A stretch of DNA of 63,112 nucleotides, counting the filler, from Dugesia japonica (lineage: Eukaryota): assembly GCA_001938525.1 (NCBI GenBank). It is 5 parts of 5 records of this genome, joined end to end, with 100 filler letters (N's around TTAATTAATTAA, not from the genome) between each part and the next. Parts side by side here need not be neighbours in the genome. Positions count along the whole stretch, not along the records: positions 39,627 to 53,235 come from MQRL01610772.1; positions 53,336 to 63,112 come from MQRL01637213.1; 3 more parts are not named here. One strand, given 5' to 3'. Both the position numbers and the translations under genes were made by a program. Shown one piece after another: positions 50,357-63,112 of this stretch. The notes below the pieces were generated by a model. It worked only from the letters and a program-made list of their open reading frames with translations. It made no database searches and was not told where the DNA came from. Position 1 is the first letter of the stretch. Every line of letters starts with the position of its first letter.

Positions 50357-51621
50357 CAGCGATGGATCTAGGGAATTTTCATTGGGGGCGATATGAAAAT
50401 AATTACGTTATTTATTATGTAATCGACCGGAAATTAAATTTTTAGTTTAAAAAAAGTAAAACTAATGATTTTTTTACATTTACAAAAATAAAATTTTAAT
50501 TAATTTTCACGGAAATCCAGTAGAAAAGTCCATTGTTTAAATATTTTTTTTAAATAAAATTTAATATTTTCAAAATGAAGAAATTTAACTAAGGCTTAGG
50601 CCAAAATGTTTTTTTAAATTTTATTAGGGTTAAAAATTACAAAAAATTTAATTTTCTTAGACCCCAATTTTCGATTTTATCTTCTTCTGGAGTTGTGATT
50701 AAATAAATTGAATAAATCAATCACAACTCTAGAAGAAGATTAACTCGAATATTTGGCGAAGTAAGTTAAATGTTTGAAAGTTTTAACCTTAATAAAATTT
50801 TAAAAAACATATTTTGATCTAAGCTTTAGTTTATTTTCTAAATTTTGAAAATATTTAATTTTATGATTCAGAGATCAATGGTTAAAAATTTTAAACAAGT
50901 GAATAATTACCAAATAAGTAACTGTCACAATAAACAAAATTTTTTTACAAATAATTCAAATTTTCATGGGAATCCGGGTGAACAGTCCAGGTTTTTCAAA
51001 AATATTTTTTATGCTCAGATTTTAAATACTTTTATACAAATCTGTTAAGAATTTGATGGGGGTCATTTTTGGTTTTTTCAATATTTTACAGACTTTTCGA
51101 AAAATAAAAAGTATTTCAAATTTTATCATTAACCCATCTATTCAATAGAGAATTTTATGCTGAGTTAGAATAACACGAGTAAAAATCTCCAATACGTATT
51201 TTAGAGGATATTAAATGAAAATACCAATAAAAAACTAACAAGTACAATTTCTATATAAGGTTAATTTTTATTATAAAATTTATTTAATTCATCATTTTTA
51301 GTATTTAATTGTTTTTACAGTAGATAGATAGATGATCCTAAATTACTAAACCAACATTTCAAACTAAATTTCTAAACCACTTTGTAATATGGGGATGTGG
51401 TTTAGTGCGCCACAATTTATCTACTTTATTTTTAATCTACAATTATTTTTATCGTATTCATTTCAACTTTTTGATACAAAACTGTTTTTAATTATTCTTC
51501 TTTACATTTTCATTCTACTATACTAATATTCACGTGGATAGTCGCTCCTTATCATTATATAACCTTTTCGAAAACTGGTTATTGGGACTGATCGCCCCCC
51601 CTCACCGTGGATTCGTCGTTG
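50357..51621. mobile_element. Non-autonomous hAT-like DNA element inserted in the Gypsy fragment
   Basis: Imperfect TIRs CAGCGATGGATC / (rc) CAACGACGAATC with subterminal GGGGGCGAT; degraded 8-bp TSD CCTAAATA / ACTGAATA. Confidence 0.65.
50560..50850. repeat. ~280-bp imperfect palindrome (foldback)
   Basis: Arms 50679-50700 and 50719-50740 are near-perfect reverse complements, and the symmetry extends outward. Confidence 0.8.
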
Positions 51622-53235
51622 ACTGAATATGCAATTGGAATTTACTCAAGGATTAAATGTGTTGTCAATAATGAATTGTGCCATGTACCATTGTTGTGTA
51701 TTTATACTTATTATACATTTGTGAATGTGTATATATACAAAATTATGTGTATTATAATATTGTATAACATGTCAATAATAATATTGAAAAAGAAATTAAA
51801 AATCAGAATTTAAAAATATGAATATACTTGGAAACCGCCAAAAATAATTGCTTAGAAACTAGAACAAGAAAATATTACAGAATAAAAAGTTAAGGATTAT
51901 AAATAAATTTTAAAATTTTTTGAGAAACAAAATAATAAATATTGTCGAATTAAAAAATAAGAATTTGTTTGAAAATATAAACATGAAAATATTGCAGAAT
52001 TGTAAACAAAAAATCCAATTTTTAAAAAAACCTACCAAATCAAATCTAAACTGAAGAATCAAACCAAATTCTTAAGCCAAGTCAAGTCGGAAAAGGAGTA
52101 ATTTGTTTGAATTGGTAAAATTGGTTTGTTTACATTTTGTTCTTTTATTTTTTTTGAAAATTGTAAAATTTCTTAGTTAACAAAGCAATTAAAATTCTTT
52201 ATTGTAGAACATGTATAACTTCGATGAAACTTAAGTATATATAACACAACACACATCCCAATTGTCACCACATATTTTTAATAGACTCTTGGTGCCCAAA
52301 ATTTTCTTATAAAGCAAAATTAATTCTTTGCCAATAAAATTTAATATAAATTCAAAAATTCGTTTGCAGTTTTTCATAAACTTGAAGACTCAATTGATAA
52401 ATTTGACTGACAAGAGATTCTAAAAGTCAATTGACCCAAAAAAAATACTAGGATATTTGGAAACACTTTTAAGATAAAGCAAAGATCACCTACTAAAATC
52501 AGTAGTCAGACAATTGATCAAATATATGTAATGANNNNNNNNNNNNNNNNNNNNNNNNNNNNNNNNNNNNNNNNTCCACAAATAGACACAAATCAATAAT
52601 ATTTTCATATAAATTATAATATTGTTACCAATCAAATAGCAGAAACCGAAAGAATTTGAAATAGTATCACAATATATTCTATTTAATAACAAATAAACAA
52701 TGGAAATCATTACAACAAACAACGGGACTAATAAAACGTGATTGTGTACATATTAAGAAAACAAAAAATCGTTAAATACGCAATATTTTTGTGAAATTTT
52801 TACTAATCATTTTTTTTATCTCCTTCACACTTGATATTCAATTCTTCTGATGATTTAAGAGCAACTAAATTTAAAACAAATTTAAACAAAATTGAATTTT
52901 AATAAATTATTAATAATATTAATCACATTTCTCTCCATTTAATAAGTCTATAAAATAGTGTATTTTTAATATTCTTCAAATAGAAATTTAAATATCAATC
53001 AATATAAATTTTAAAATGCTCTTGACCAAACGAATTTAATTTNNNNNNNNNNNNNNNNNNNNNNNNNAACGCCATATTCCGTTGCCAATTTTCTTTGCGA
53101 TGCGCTTTTCTTTAAGAGTTTTGAAAGGATTTCTATTTTCTGTGTTTCATTCAATTTTCCCATAATTCACTTTTTAAAATTTTCACTAACTCTAATTTAT
53201 TTAAACGAAATTATTTTTTAGCAGTGGTCACTTTT

Positions 53236-53335
53236 NNNNNNNNNNNNNNNNNNNNNNNNNNNNNNNNNNNNNNNNNNNNTTAATTAATTAANNNNNNNNN
53301 NNNNNNNNNNNNNNNNNNNNNNNNNNNNNNNNNNN
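53236..53335. other. Artificial contig-joining spacer
   Basis: N44-TTAATTAATTAA-N44. Confidence 0.97.
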
Positions 53336-54187
53336 AAAATTTATTTATTATAAAATTTATTACAGATTTTATTTTGGAGTTAATGTTATTTACAAAAAAA
53401 TTAATATCTACTGTCGCGGAAAAATATCGATGATATATTGCGGTTATCAATGAATGAAGCTCTGGTCTAGTTTATGAATAAAATAAGTAAATAAATTTGT
53501 AGGTAACAATGGTCTAAAAAATAAACTATTAATCTTATAAAGTAATAAAGGTTTATTTAATCTTTGTTATACATAAATAATTTTACTTTCTGTACAAATT
53601 TTCTGAAGAAATTTGAATTTAAATGTATTTTATTAAACGATTTAATTACTGTCAATTTAAAAAACGATGCGTAAAAAATAATTTATCAAACACGTGAAAA
53701 TATTTTTGTATTTTTGATGTTGGTTAGCACAATACTGCTTCAGTATTACTTGATGAATACCCATAATTGATTGAGGTATGCAAATTAAACCCATTTTTAT
53801 CCATAAACGAAGTGTTTATTNNNNNNNNNNNNNNNNNNNNNNNNNNNNNNNNNNNNNNNNNNNNNNNNNNNNNNNNNNNNNNNNNNNNNNNNNNNNNNNN
53901 NNNNNNNNNNNNNNNNNNNNNNNNNNNNNNNNNNNNNNNNNNNNNNNNNNNNNNNNNNNNNNNNNNNNNNNNNNNNNNNNNNNNNNNNNNNNNNNNNNNN
54001 NNGAATTATTTTCACTTTTTTCTTTATAAATATAAATTTTACTAGATATTCGGATATTTTTTTTAATAATTTTAAAATAATAATACGCGTGGAAGATATT
54101 TTCTAACATTGTTAAAATTAGATTCAATTAAACATTGAATTAAACATAAGAATTTATTTTAATCTAAATTTAACTAAATTTATTTAG

Positions 54188-55848
54188 ATGAAATTAGAAA
54201 TGGATCTTTCAAAAAGCTATTTCATCCAGATCGATTGGTTACTGGTCCTGAAGATGCCGCAAGTAATTTTGCTAGGGGATTCTTTACCGTTGGAAAGCTC
54301 TTATTAGGAACAATTAATAATGAAACTAGGAGGCTTCTTGAAAATAGTGATTGTATTCAAGGTATATTTTTGTTCAGATCTTTAGGTGGAGGAACTGGAG
54401 CTGGATTAACCTCTGCAATTTTTGACGGTTTGGCTGAATATCCAAAAATTCCTAAAATTGAAGTTCCAATATACCCTTCTCCGACTCTTTCAACAGCAAT
54501 GGTTGAACCTTATAATTGCCTTTTGGGGGAGCATTTTTGTATGGAGGATGTTGATGTTGGACTTCTATTAGATAATGAAGCTTTATATGATATATGTTCC
54601 AAGTATTTAACAATAAATTATCCGACATTCAGTACAATAAACCGTCTTGTTGCTCAGCTTTGTAGTTCAATAACTGCATCTGTCAGATTTGAAAGTGTCA
54701 TGAATTGTGATATTACCGTACTTCAAACTAATTTAGTTCCTTATCCAAGAATACATTTTCCACTTGCTAATTTTGCTCCAATTTTATCTCCTGAAAAGGC
54801 TCAGCATGAAGAATTGTCTGTAATGGAATTAACACGTTATGTTTTTGAAAGAGAAAACCAAATGATGAAAGTTGATCATTCTTTTGGACGTTTTATGTCA
54901 TGTAGTTTACTTTATAGGGGTAATATTAGTCCTTATCATGTTTATCTAGCTTTGACTGAAATTAAAAGAGATAAAAGTATAGAATTTGTTGATTGGTGTC
55001 CTACAGGATTCAAAGTTGGGATAAATGTGTGCCCCCCTACAACAATACCAGCTAGTCAAATAGCACAAACAACTAAAAATGTAACGATGTTAACAAACAC
55101 TTCAGCTATTGGTCAAGCATGGCAAAGATTAACTCACAAATTCTATTTGCTTTATTCTAAAAGATCTTTTGTACATTGGTTTGTTGGTGAAGGTATGGAA
55201 GAATGTGAATTTACAGAATCACTTTATAACATAAGTGCTTTAGTAAAAGACTACGAAGAATCTGCAATGGATGCTAAATACGAAGAAGGAGAAGGGGTAG
55301 TTGATACATCTGCACCAAGTGCTCCAGCGACTAATGGTAGTCTTAATCATGACAATGCTGGTGCTCAAGGACAGGAATATGTTGAAGTAACATCTAGTCA
55401 AAGAGGTAGTTTTGAACAAAAAGATGTTCTATCTAAAAGTGGAATAACTAACGATAATGAAGAGAAGGAAGAAATACAAGAATCTAGAAGAGTGGATTCC
55501 GAAGTAGAAAGTGATAGTAAAAATCCTGTAAGTGAAACAAGAGCTGAAGAAATAGAAACTGAAAAAGTCGAAAATGAAGATATTGGTAAAAGTGAAAATG
55601 ATAATGTAAATGAAGAAAATGAAGGCGAAAATGTAGAAGTAGATAACAACGAAGACAATCAAAATGATATTGATCCAGAAGTTGAAGATGAAAATGAAGA
55701 ATTAGAAACTGAGGAAATCAATGATCTTGGAGGAGCTATTGATGAAACAAGTAATAGTAGTAATAAGATATTTTATCAAAGTGGCAGTGATTCATCTGAA
55801 AAGTCTAACAAATTACCAATAAGATTTTATCAATATAATAAACAATAA
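54188..55848 (+). CDS. Divergent alpha-tubulin with long acidic C-terminal extension (last exon; N-terminal ~75 aa not visible)
   Basis: Exon starts at the phase-1 acceptor in D76 (DEIRNGSFKKLFHPD); motifs GGGTGAG, DNEALYDIC, QTNLVPYPRIHFPL, FVDWCPTGFKVGIN, FVHWFVGEGMEE are alpha-type. Confidence 0.93.
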
Positions 55849-56815
55849 TCCCAGATAATTTACGAAAATGTTTTATTGGCATTATGAATCCTTATAATTG
55901 ATTTCAGTTGCCACTTTATGGCTAAAATTTTAATAAAATATGTTAGTAATTAATCAAATAATTATTTGATGACAAAATAGAAAAAATAATGTCTAATAAC
56001 TGGCTTAATTTTTCAATATTTATTTGTATTTGGTTAGTCATTAATAGTTAATGTGTACTGAATCCATGAAACTAATTGACCTCATATTATTTTATGTTGT
56101 GTCTCTATCTTTCATAAATTAATAAAGATAAAAATTTTTCGTTCAAAGAACTTTTAATTTAATTGCTTTTTAAGTGATTTGTATTATAAAATGAAATTGA
56201 AAATAAAAACTTCGCAATAAAAATTTTGGAAGGAAGTTTTAAAAGAAAACATTTTATATTCATTAGATAGTAACGTATTAGATCATCCCTTGTCAAAGGG
56301 ATATGAAAATTTTGATTGGCCAACACTTAATAGAAAATTCATTTCTTTCAAAATTTTATTTGTCGAAAATTTGCGCGGAGTTTAGAATTTCCTTAGTCAA
56401 TAGTGTATGGTTTCGAATTTTTTATCCGAATTAAAAACTATCCATACATTTTTTAAAGAACTTTNNNNNNNNNNNNNNNNNNNNNNNNNNNNNNNNNNNN
56501 NNNNNNNNNNNNNNNNNNNNNNNNNNNNNNNNNNNNNNTTGATCTACAAATTACTCGGTCAAAATTTATCTTATGGTTCTAGAAATGATAATATTTGATT
56601 CAGAATAAAATTCTGAACATACTTTGTATAGGGTTCGAAAAATAGAAAATTACCGAGTACCATGCCCACCTTGAATAAAAGAAATTATTTATTCTGGAAA
56701 TACTTATGATAAGCAAACAAATTNGATATTGGTGAACTGGGAATAAAAAACTGAACATATTTCGTATAGGATTTACAGTATAAAAATGCTTTGTACAAGA
56801 AATAATATATAATTA

Positions 56816-57345
56816 TGTTGGGCTGAAACAGCTCAGTTAAAAAATAATTTTGAGTAAACTGAGGAAATTGGAGATAAAGAACTCTGAATGCATTAGAAAA
56901 TGATTAAAATTAGAAATTAAAAGAAATAAATTCTATTAAATCATTAATGAATTAACTGATAATAAAATAAATGAATGTATTAAAAAAATCAACCTATCGG
57001 AAATGAAATTAGAAAATAAAGAAGCGAGTAAGATTAAAAGAATCAAAATGAAAAGCTATAATAAAGCATTAATAATAATAAATCTTTAATAAGAAATAAA
57101 ATAAAACAACGATTTCTATAAATCGATAAACTAAGGATCATGAGAATCAGAGACTTGAATAGAAAATCATGATTAGATTAAAAGAAACAGACAGACATTT
57201 ATCATCGAAATAAATTAAATGCTCGGAAAATACTACGAAAAGTTCAGATTTAATTATTGAGAAAAATTAAATAAACTTAGAAACAATTGGTCATTAAAAT
57301 AAATTATAATAAAAGCGGAAATTCATAACTGAAAGTGCTCAAGAA
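56816..57345 (+). mobile_element. Truncated 5' end of family Y element
   Basis: TGTTGGGCTGAAACAGCTC...; collinear with the reverse complement of 43500-44071. Confidence 0.7.
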
Positions 57346-57869
57346 GATGATAAATCGATTAAAGAAAGCGAATAATAAAGTCAGAAATACAAAGAGTAAT
57401 TTCGGTTGGTTCAAGAATTTGCAATTCTTTAACATTATCGGAACTGTCGAAATTCAAAGTTCCGTCTGAACCAGAACAATTTTCAGATGAAGTGTTTTGC
57501 CTATTCATCATATTATTAATAATACTAGTTAAGAATTGATTTCTGTGAATGAATTTTAACCTTTTATTATCTGTCAACGAAATTGAAGATAATTGGATCA
57601 ACACCACAAGCTGCTTCCAATAACTTCTTTCCTTTCTGTGGATTTTTTACATATTCTAAATAATTGATTGTGCGACGAAAAAATTTGTCTGCATATACGA
57701 TTGAAGTTGTTCAGTTTTAGTGCGGTTGTTGTCTTTAATCGCATTTTCAAAATGATGACATGAAGATGACCAATTCAGCCAAACTGCTGATACAGTTTTA
57801 AAGGAGCTGGCCACCCATAGGACGTTAAATATATATACATATATATTTCTACACCGATGGCGGTTGCAA

Positions 57870-58997
57870 ATTTTTCAATTTCCTTTTGATTTTTCAGAGA
57901 TTGACTATATAAAAAAGTAGAACTTGTTCATAAATATTTGAAAATGATTGACCCCATTAACCTCAGAAAAAGCATCTTCTATTGACAACTCATGCCGGTG
58001 GTTTAGATTCGGATATTTATGGGTTAATCTTGTTTCTACTCCGGATTTTCTTCCTAACATAATACTGGCCCGTCGCTTGAAAATAATATTAAATGGTGCT
58101 TTAAATAATTATCATCAAAAATATTTTTTCCAAACATTTTAAGAGACATTCTGTTATTGTTTTAGCTATTTAATCCTGCAATTCAATTAAATGAGGATCT
58201 TTTATTTTATCTGTTTTGCATTTATAATAAATAAAAAGTACAGATTTTTTACTTAAAGTGGTAGATTCATCTATTATAATAGATAAATTTCCTTGAATTT
58301 TTAATATTTGTTGACAAATTTTGGATTTCATTTGAATTCCTATATGATTGATTATTTCTGTAGATTTTAATCTAGATCGTAATCCATGAGCTATAATAGA
58401 TCCATTCATTTCTTGCAGTTTTAATAAATCAAAATGATCAGAATATGGGCGATCATGTTTACCAATATAATACTCAGTTCTAAAACCTTTACTGGTGCTA
58501 AAAATTTCAGAATCATTCATCTTATCTACAATAACTGCGAGCCTTTGCTTGTTTGCTTCTTTTAAGATTTTCTCAGCTGTTGTATAGGAAAAACGTTTAC
58601 AATGTTCATACCTTTTTTCCGCAAAGTTAGTTATGAAGCTTTATACTTTCGAAAAGCTGATACCATAGTGCCACTCCATTCTTTTGAGATGCTTACTCCC
58701 TGCGTTTTTAAAGGTCCTAGAGGATGGAAAGCCAAATAAGTCAGACATCCTAATTTTCCGGAATCGCATTTTAGCCAAGTATATTTTTTCTTTTCGAAGA
58801 TAATATCTGAAGTCCAAATACTCAGCCAATTTATTATTAGTGGTTCTTCTTCTTTTTGAAAATTTTCTGTTGATGCTGATAGAATGTTCATTTATTTTTT
58901 TCTTGTTTTCTAGAACTAGTACGTCTTCTTTTTGTTGCGTTTTAAGTTTTTTTTCGAAGATAATATCCAAAGTGGGTTGTTTACGTTTTTCTCTCAT
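57870..58997 (-). pseudogene. hAT transposase remnant (KIAA1586/ZNF862-like)
   Basis: WLKCDSGKLGC, YYIGKHDRPYSD, SIIIDESTTLSKKSVL and DGASIMLGRKSGV; frameshifted. Confidence 0.85.
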
Positions 58998-59179
58998 TTA
59001 TAATTTTAAATATAACAAATTAATTTTTATTTTAGATTTTATGAAATAATATTTCAATAATTAATTGTATATATGCTTTTATTTAAGNTCCTAAAATATA
59101 ATTAAACTAAATTAAATTTTGAAAAAGATTGACTTAAAAAATATTTAAACACTTATATCTATATTTTAACCTTTAATAT

Positions 59180-59258
59180 TATATATATATATATATTAGT
59201 CATTGACGGGATTCGAACGTACATCCACTGGTTCGGATTGGCGCTTTATTGCCATTGT
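59180..59258 (-). repeat. tRNA-derived SINE-like remnant with (TA)n tail
   Basis: Minus-strand B-box-like GTTCGAATCCCG followed by (TA)n; no intact cloverleaf. Confidence 0.4.
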
Positions 59259-59389
59259 CGAAGTTTGTAGTTTGATAGTATGATATGTAATATATCAAAC
59301 ACAAAATGCTTGCTGTTTATTTATTTTAGAAAAGACAAAATATATTTATATATTTATATTTTTTATATTTATATATTTATATATTTAAT

Positions 59390-59535
59390 AGCTAATATGT
59401 TTTTTATAGAAAAATGTTTTAGCTAATATGTTTTTATTTTGGAAAAATACCTAGCTAATATGTTTTTGTGGGAAAATGTCCTAGCTAATATGTTTTTGTG
59501 GAAAAATGTCCTAGCTAAAATGTATTTTAAGGAAA
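59390..59535. repeat. ~31-bp tandem repeat AGCTAATATGTTTTTGTGGGAAAATGTCCT
   Basis: About 5 copies. Confidence 0.85.
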
Positions 59536-59939
59536 AACGATATATGCTTCTTTCAGTCTACTAAGAAATTTCCTATGCTTTTTATATTTTATAAAAAAAT
59601 GTTATTGAAATTATTATTAAAATCATTAAGTTATTATTATTATTTTATTATTATGTTATTATTTTTTTATTAAATTTTAATTAAAATCACATAATTATTT
59701 TAGAGAATTGTCAATTATACAGAAATCATTGCGCAAGTTGTAGTCACAATGGTGACTGTCATAGTATCATGGAAGGATACTATTACCAACTATTTTATGG
59801 GAAAACCTATTTTGTATGCCCTTATTGAAAAATATTAGGTTTCGAAAAGTATTAAAATTTTTATAGAACACATAAGAACCACATATCATATTTTAGTACT
59901 AGTAAAAAACATATATTAAAATCAATATTAGATAGGCAG

Positions 59940-60730
59940 ATGGTCAGTATGCATTACAAAAAACCAGTAAATAAGAGAATTAAGTTGAAAGAAATAACAG
60001 TTAAGGGTGAGATTATTGAAATAATTATTATTGAAGATGACGTTGATGAAATAACAATCAAAGATGAACCTGTTGAAATGATTGTAATTGATTATGACGT
60101 TGAAGAAATCATCAATTTGGAACCGGAAGAAGAAGAGGAAATAAATATTGAATCAGATGATTAGAACAATTTCAAAATTATTGATGAACTCGATAAAGAA
60201 GATATTGTATTGCAAGAGTTCATTGCTGCAAAAAATAATCAAGTTGAAGAATAAACAAAAACTGGGGATGATGGAGTTATTATTGAATCTGATTTGTATC
60301 GCTGCCATAGGATACTTAAAATAAATGTTTCAAGATGGTATTGTCGTGAAATTATTTTACCAGAAGCAATAGTCACCAAATTATTTCAGACAATAATTCA
60401 GAAATTAAGCAATTTAAAATACAATTTGGGGTACATGTTGAGTTCAAAAGCATAACAACAACTGTTGATGGAGAAGAAGCGGAGTTTAAAACCTGTCAGA
60501 TATAAAATATAGACGTTGCATTAACTGATAACATTTTTGAAGACGACATCAACCAATTAAATGATTAAATAACAATAAGAAGCGAACTAGGCTCCAGTTG
60601 GATGTTAAACCAAATACTAGAAATTAATTTTAAGACCACAAAAGTTGCAGGTATTTGTAGAGTTTCAAATAAAAATTATATTCCAACGCCGGAAGATTTA
60701 AAAAAGAAACGATGATAATTACTGTTTTAT
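59940..60730 (+). pseudogene. Polinton protein-primed DNA polymerase B N-terminal remnant
   Basis: GSSWMLNQILEINF...NYIPTPEDLKKK followed by NDDNYCF resembles the pPolB GSGW...YIPLP...N.DN.CF region; multiple stops. Confidence 0.6.
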
Positions 60731-63112
60731 TTACAAATTACTGTTTTATTTAAAAATTATTTATTTACAGAATTTTTGCTGTCACCAAAAGTGATCAAGT
60801 TGGAGCAAGGAATTTTACTATCTATATCAGCAAAAATTGAAGCACAACAATTGAAGCACAAAAATTAAGAATCAGTAAACTAATAGTTCGAGCAAGTCTG
60901 TCAAGACGAATGTAATTGAAATTATTTGGAAAGATATCATTTGAAGTTAATTTTATTTGAAAATGGAATTGTGACATAAATGATTTGGCGAATATAGTAT
61001 TATTTGAAGTTTGCAGGAGATTATTTTTTTGAAAACTAGAAAATTAAAATAGTCTAATGATATTACTGAGAAATCAGAGAAACGGTGATTTGATGATTCT
61101 ATCGCCAAATTGGAAAGTAATTGGAACTTGAAAAAGAACTTAATTAAGCGAAGAAGAATTTTAATTTTTAAAATATGAATTTGAATATCAAGTAATCAAG
61201 AAATTTTGGAAAAAAATGCAGCTTTATCTATAAGTGAAATCAGAAGGCTGTAAACTGTAAATAAAATGGAAAAATATCATCGGTATTATTAAACTAAAGA
61301 ACAAAAGTTAGAATTTCAGCAAAAAAACTATATTGGAATCCCTGTAAAATATATTTAATTATTAGTAAAAACATTATTAATGTAAATAAATGAAGACTAT
61401 ATTATTAAATCATCCTTAATTTTAGAAATGTATGCCAAAAATGCATCAAATAAAAGACAAAATGTAGATCATAAAACAGAAATGGAATTCAATGGAAAAG
61501 AAGTAGAGAAATTAATAAGTCTATTGAAAAAAAAGGAAGCTACAATAACACGTATGAGTCATTGGATAGATTCACTAGAAGTCAAAAATAAAAAACAAAC
61601 TTCAAAAGTAGCTTCAATATTTATTCATTCAAATTTACATTACTGTGATCTGAAGTGATTATAATCGAATATTACCTTTTACATTATTCTAATCAACTTG
61701 ATTTATTGATTGCATAAAAATTTGTATATTATAGTAGAATTAAAACTTATGCAACAATGATTAGTTTTATTTATCTTCTTTTCTTTTCTTTGTTATATTT
61801 CTGACCAATCGGAAGTCTTGTCTGATAAGGAATCTTTTGACCTGGTGGTGACAAGTGAAGAGTTAATGAGAAGTAAAAATAGTAGTGAAAGCAAATGGGG
61901 GAAAATGGCCTGAAAAAGAAAGAAAAACAAAAAAATGACACAAAGTGAAGAAGAAATTGTGAGGTTGTTGCTATGAAGTAAAAGGAAATTAAAATGACGA
62001 ATAAAGTAGAAGTGAAAAACATGAGAACAATAAACTGTAGGTGGAAGAAAAATACAAAACAATCGTAGAAACCAAAAGGAGAAATAACAAAAATGTAATA
62101 GATCTGAAATGTTAGAGTGTAAATCAATATAAAAATATTAAAAACGATTGTTGGAATCAGAATTCCGGGACGGAATTTTTCTGAAGCCCCCCAGTAATTT
62201 ATTGGGCTAGAACACATATATTAATAAAATTAAAATTCAGCAGGTCAAGGAGATAAAGGTGTGAAAGGGTGTGATGATTGTGAGTTATGGTTGGTCAGAT
62301 TTATTAATTTTTGGAATGATCTTGGAAAACAAAAATTGTTTGATGAGTTATATTATTATATGTAGTAGTGGTATTATTTAATCATTATTATTATTGTTTA
62401 GTAGATTTAGATTTGTCGTTATATAAAATATTTTTGGCATGAATCTGGACTAATGAGATAATTTTTTCATAGTCCAAATTTTAATCATCCAGGAAAAAAA
62501 CCAGGATAAAAAAATTATAATAAAGAAATGATAGATTGTGTGTGCAAATGTGTCGCCAGTGTGTTGCATCGTTCGTTATAAAATCGAACGACGCATTCAC
62601 ATTAGTCAGTTGATTTAGTTTTTAAAAAAATGGAATTTATTTGAGGTTTAATTTGAAAGATATTATTATTGATTATTTCGATATAATTATTGATTATTGT
62701 CATTTTTATTTATTTATTTTAATTGGTTGATAGGTTAAAGATCAAGTTACATTAACGATTCATATTAGTTTTGTGTTATTTCATGAATTAGATTGTGCGG
62801 GTTATTTTTATCAGCTGCGTTTTTCACTGATAAATAGAATTCATAATAAAGACATTATTTCATTATGTTAAATGTTTAAATAATTTGAAAACTGTTGGTC
62901 ACTTTGATATTGATAATATTGTGTTGTTGTGAAAATTGTTTGCATTTCTGATGTTTTGTTTTCTTACCTCAAATATAAATTTATAAATTGCAAATGAAAT
63001 ATTTCAGAATATGTGGGAACTCATGAAAGGAAATAAAGTTCAATTAATAAATGAAGTTAATAATTAGTTGATTTGCAATATTTGTAATGAATTGATGATG
63101 AAGGCTTGTAAT

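Noticed and set aside
53668-53680. ATGCGT as the tubulin start (MR...)
   Set aside because: Reads MRKK* with no MREC/I context or usable exon; the true 5' exons are probably in the 53821-54002 gap or off-contig.
55398-55662. Minus-strand hydrophobic ORFs (also 10007-10339, 61771-62217)
   Set aside because: Antisense shadows of purine-rich low-complexity plus-strand sequence.
59199-59258. Functional tRNA gene
   Set aside because: Only a B-box-like motif is present; no acceptor stem or cloverleaf.

Overview
AT-rich eukaryotic (animal) DNA. It is not one locus: five separate pieces are joined by an artificial 100-nt spacer (N44-TTAATTAATTAA-N44), giving 1-10705, 10806-23820, 23921-39526, 39627-53235 and 53336-63112. 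Introns of 40-55 nt, (AAT)n microsatellites and the repeat content suggest a flatworm or planarian-type genome; this is an inference only. Host genes: a 3-exon mitochondrial ATP synthase epsilon gene missed by the ORF track, a spliced CAP/SCP (GLIPR2-like) gene, a small spliced unknown gene, Asn-rich coiled-coil gene copies, and a divergent alpha-tubulin. The tubulin lacks the catalytic Glu254 (Val instead) and has a ~185-aa acidic tail. Most of the rest is decayed mobile DNA: a Gypsy provirus nested in a mariner, other Gypsy fragments, a Penelope-like element, hammerhead-ribozyme motifs, hAT elements and Polinton/Maverick remnants. The best candidate for an undescribed system is two families of ~4.4-4.8 kb TG...CA elements that look like giant solo LTRs. 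One has a clean 4-bp TSD. Both have a covarying terminal hairpin and carry no transposase or RT. They carry splice-acceptor-led coiled-coil exons; in family X two diverged copies show synonymous-biased divergence, and one exon ends in a conserved KxTQT dynein-light-chain (LC8) motif. All alignments were done by eye and no searches were run.
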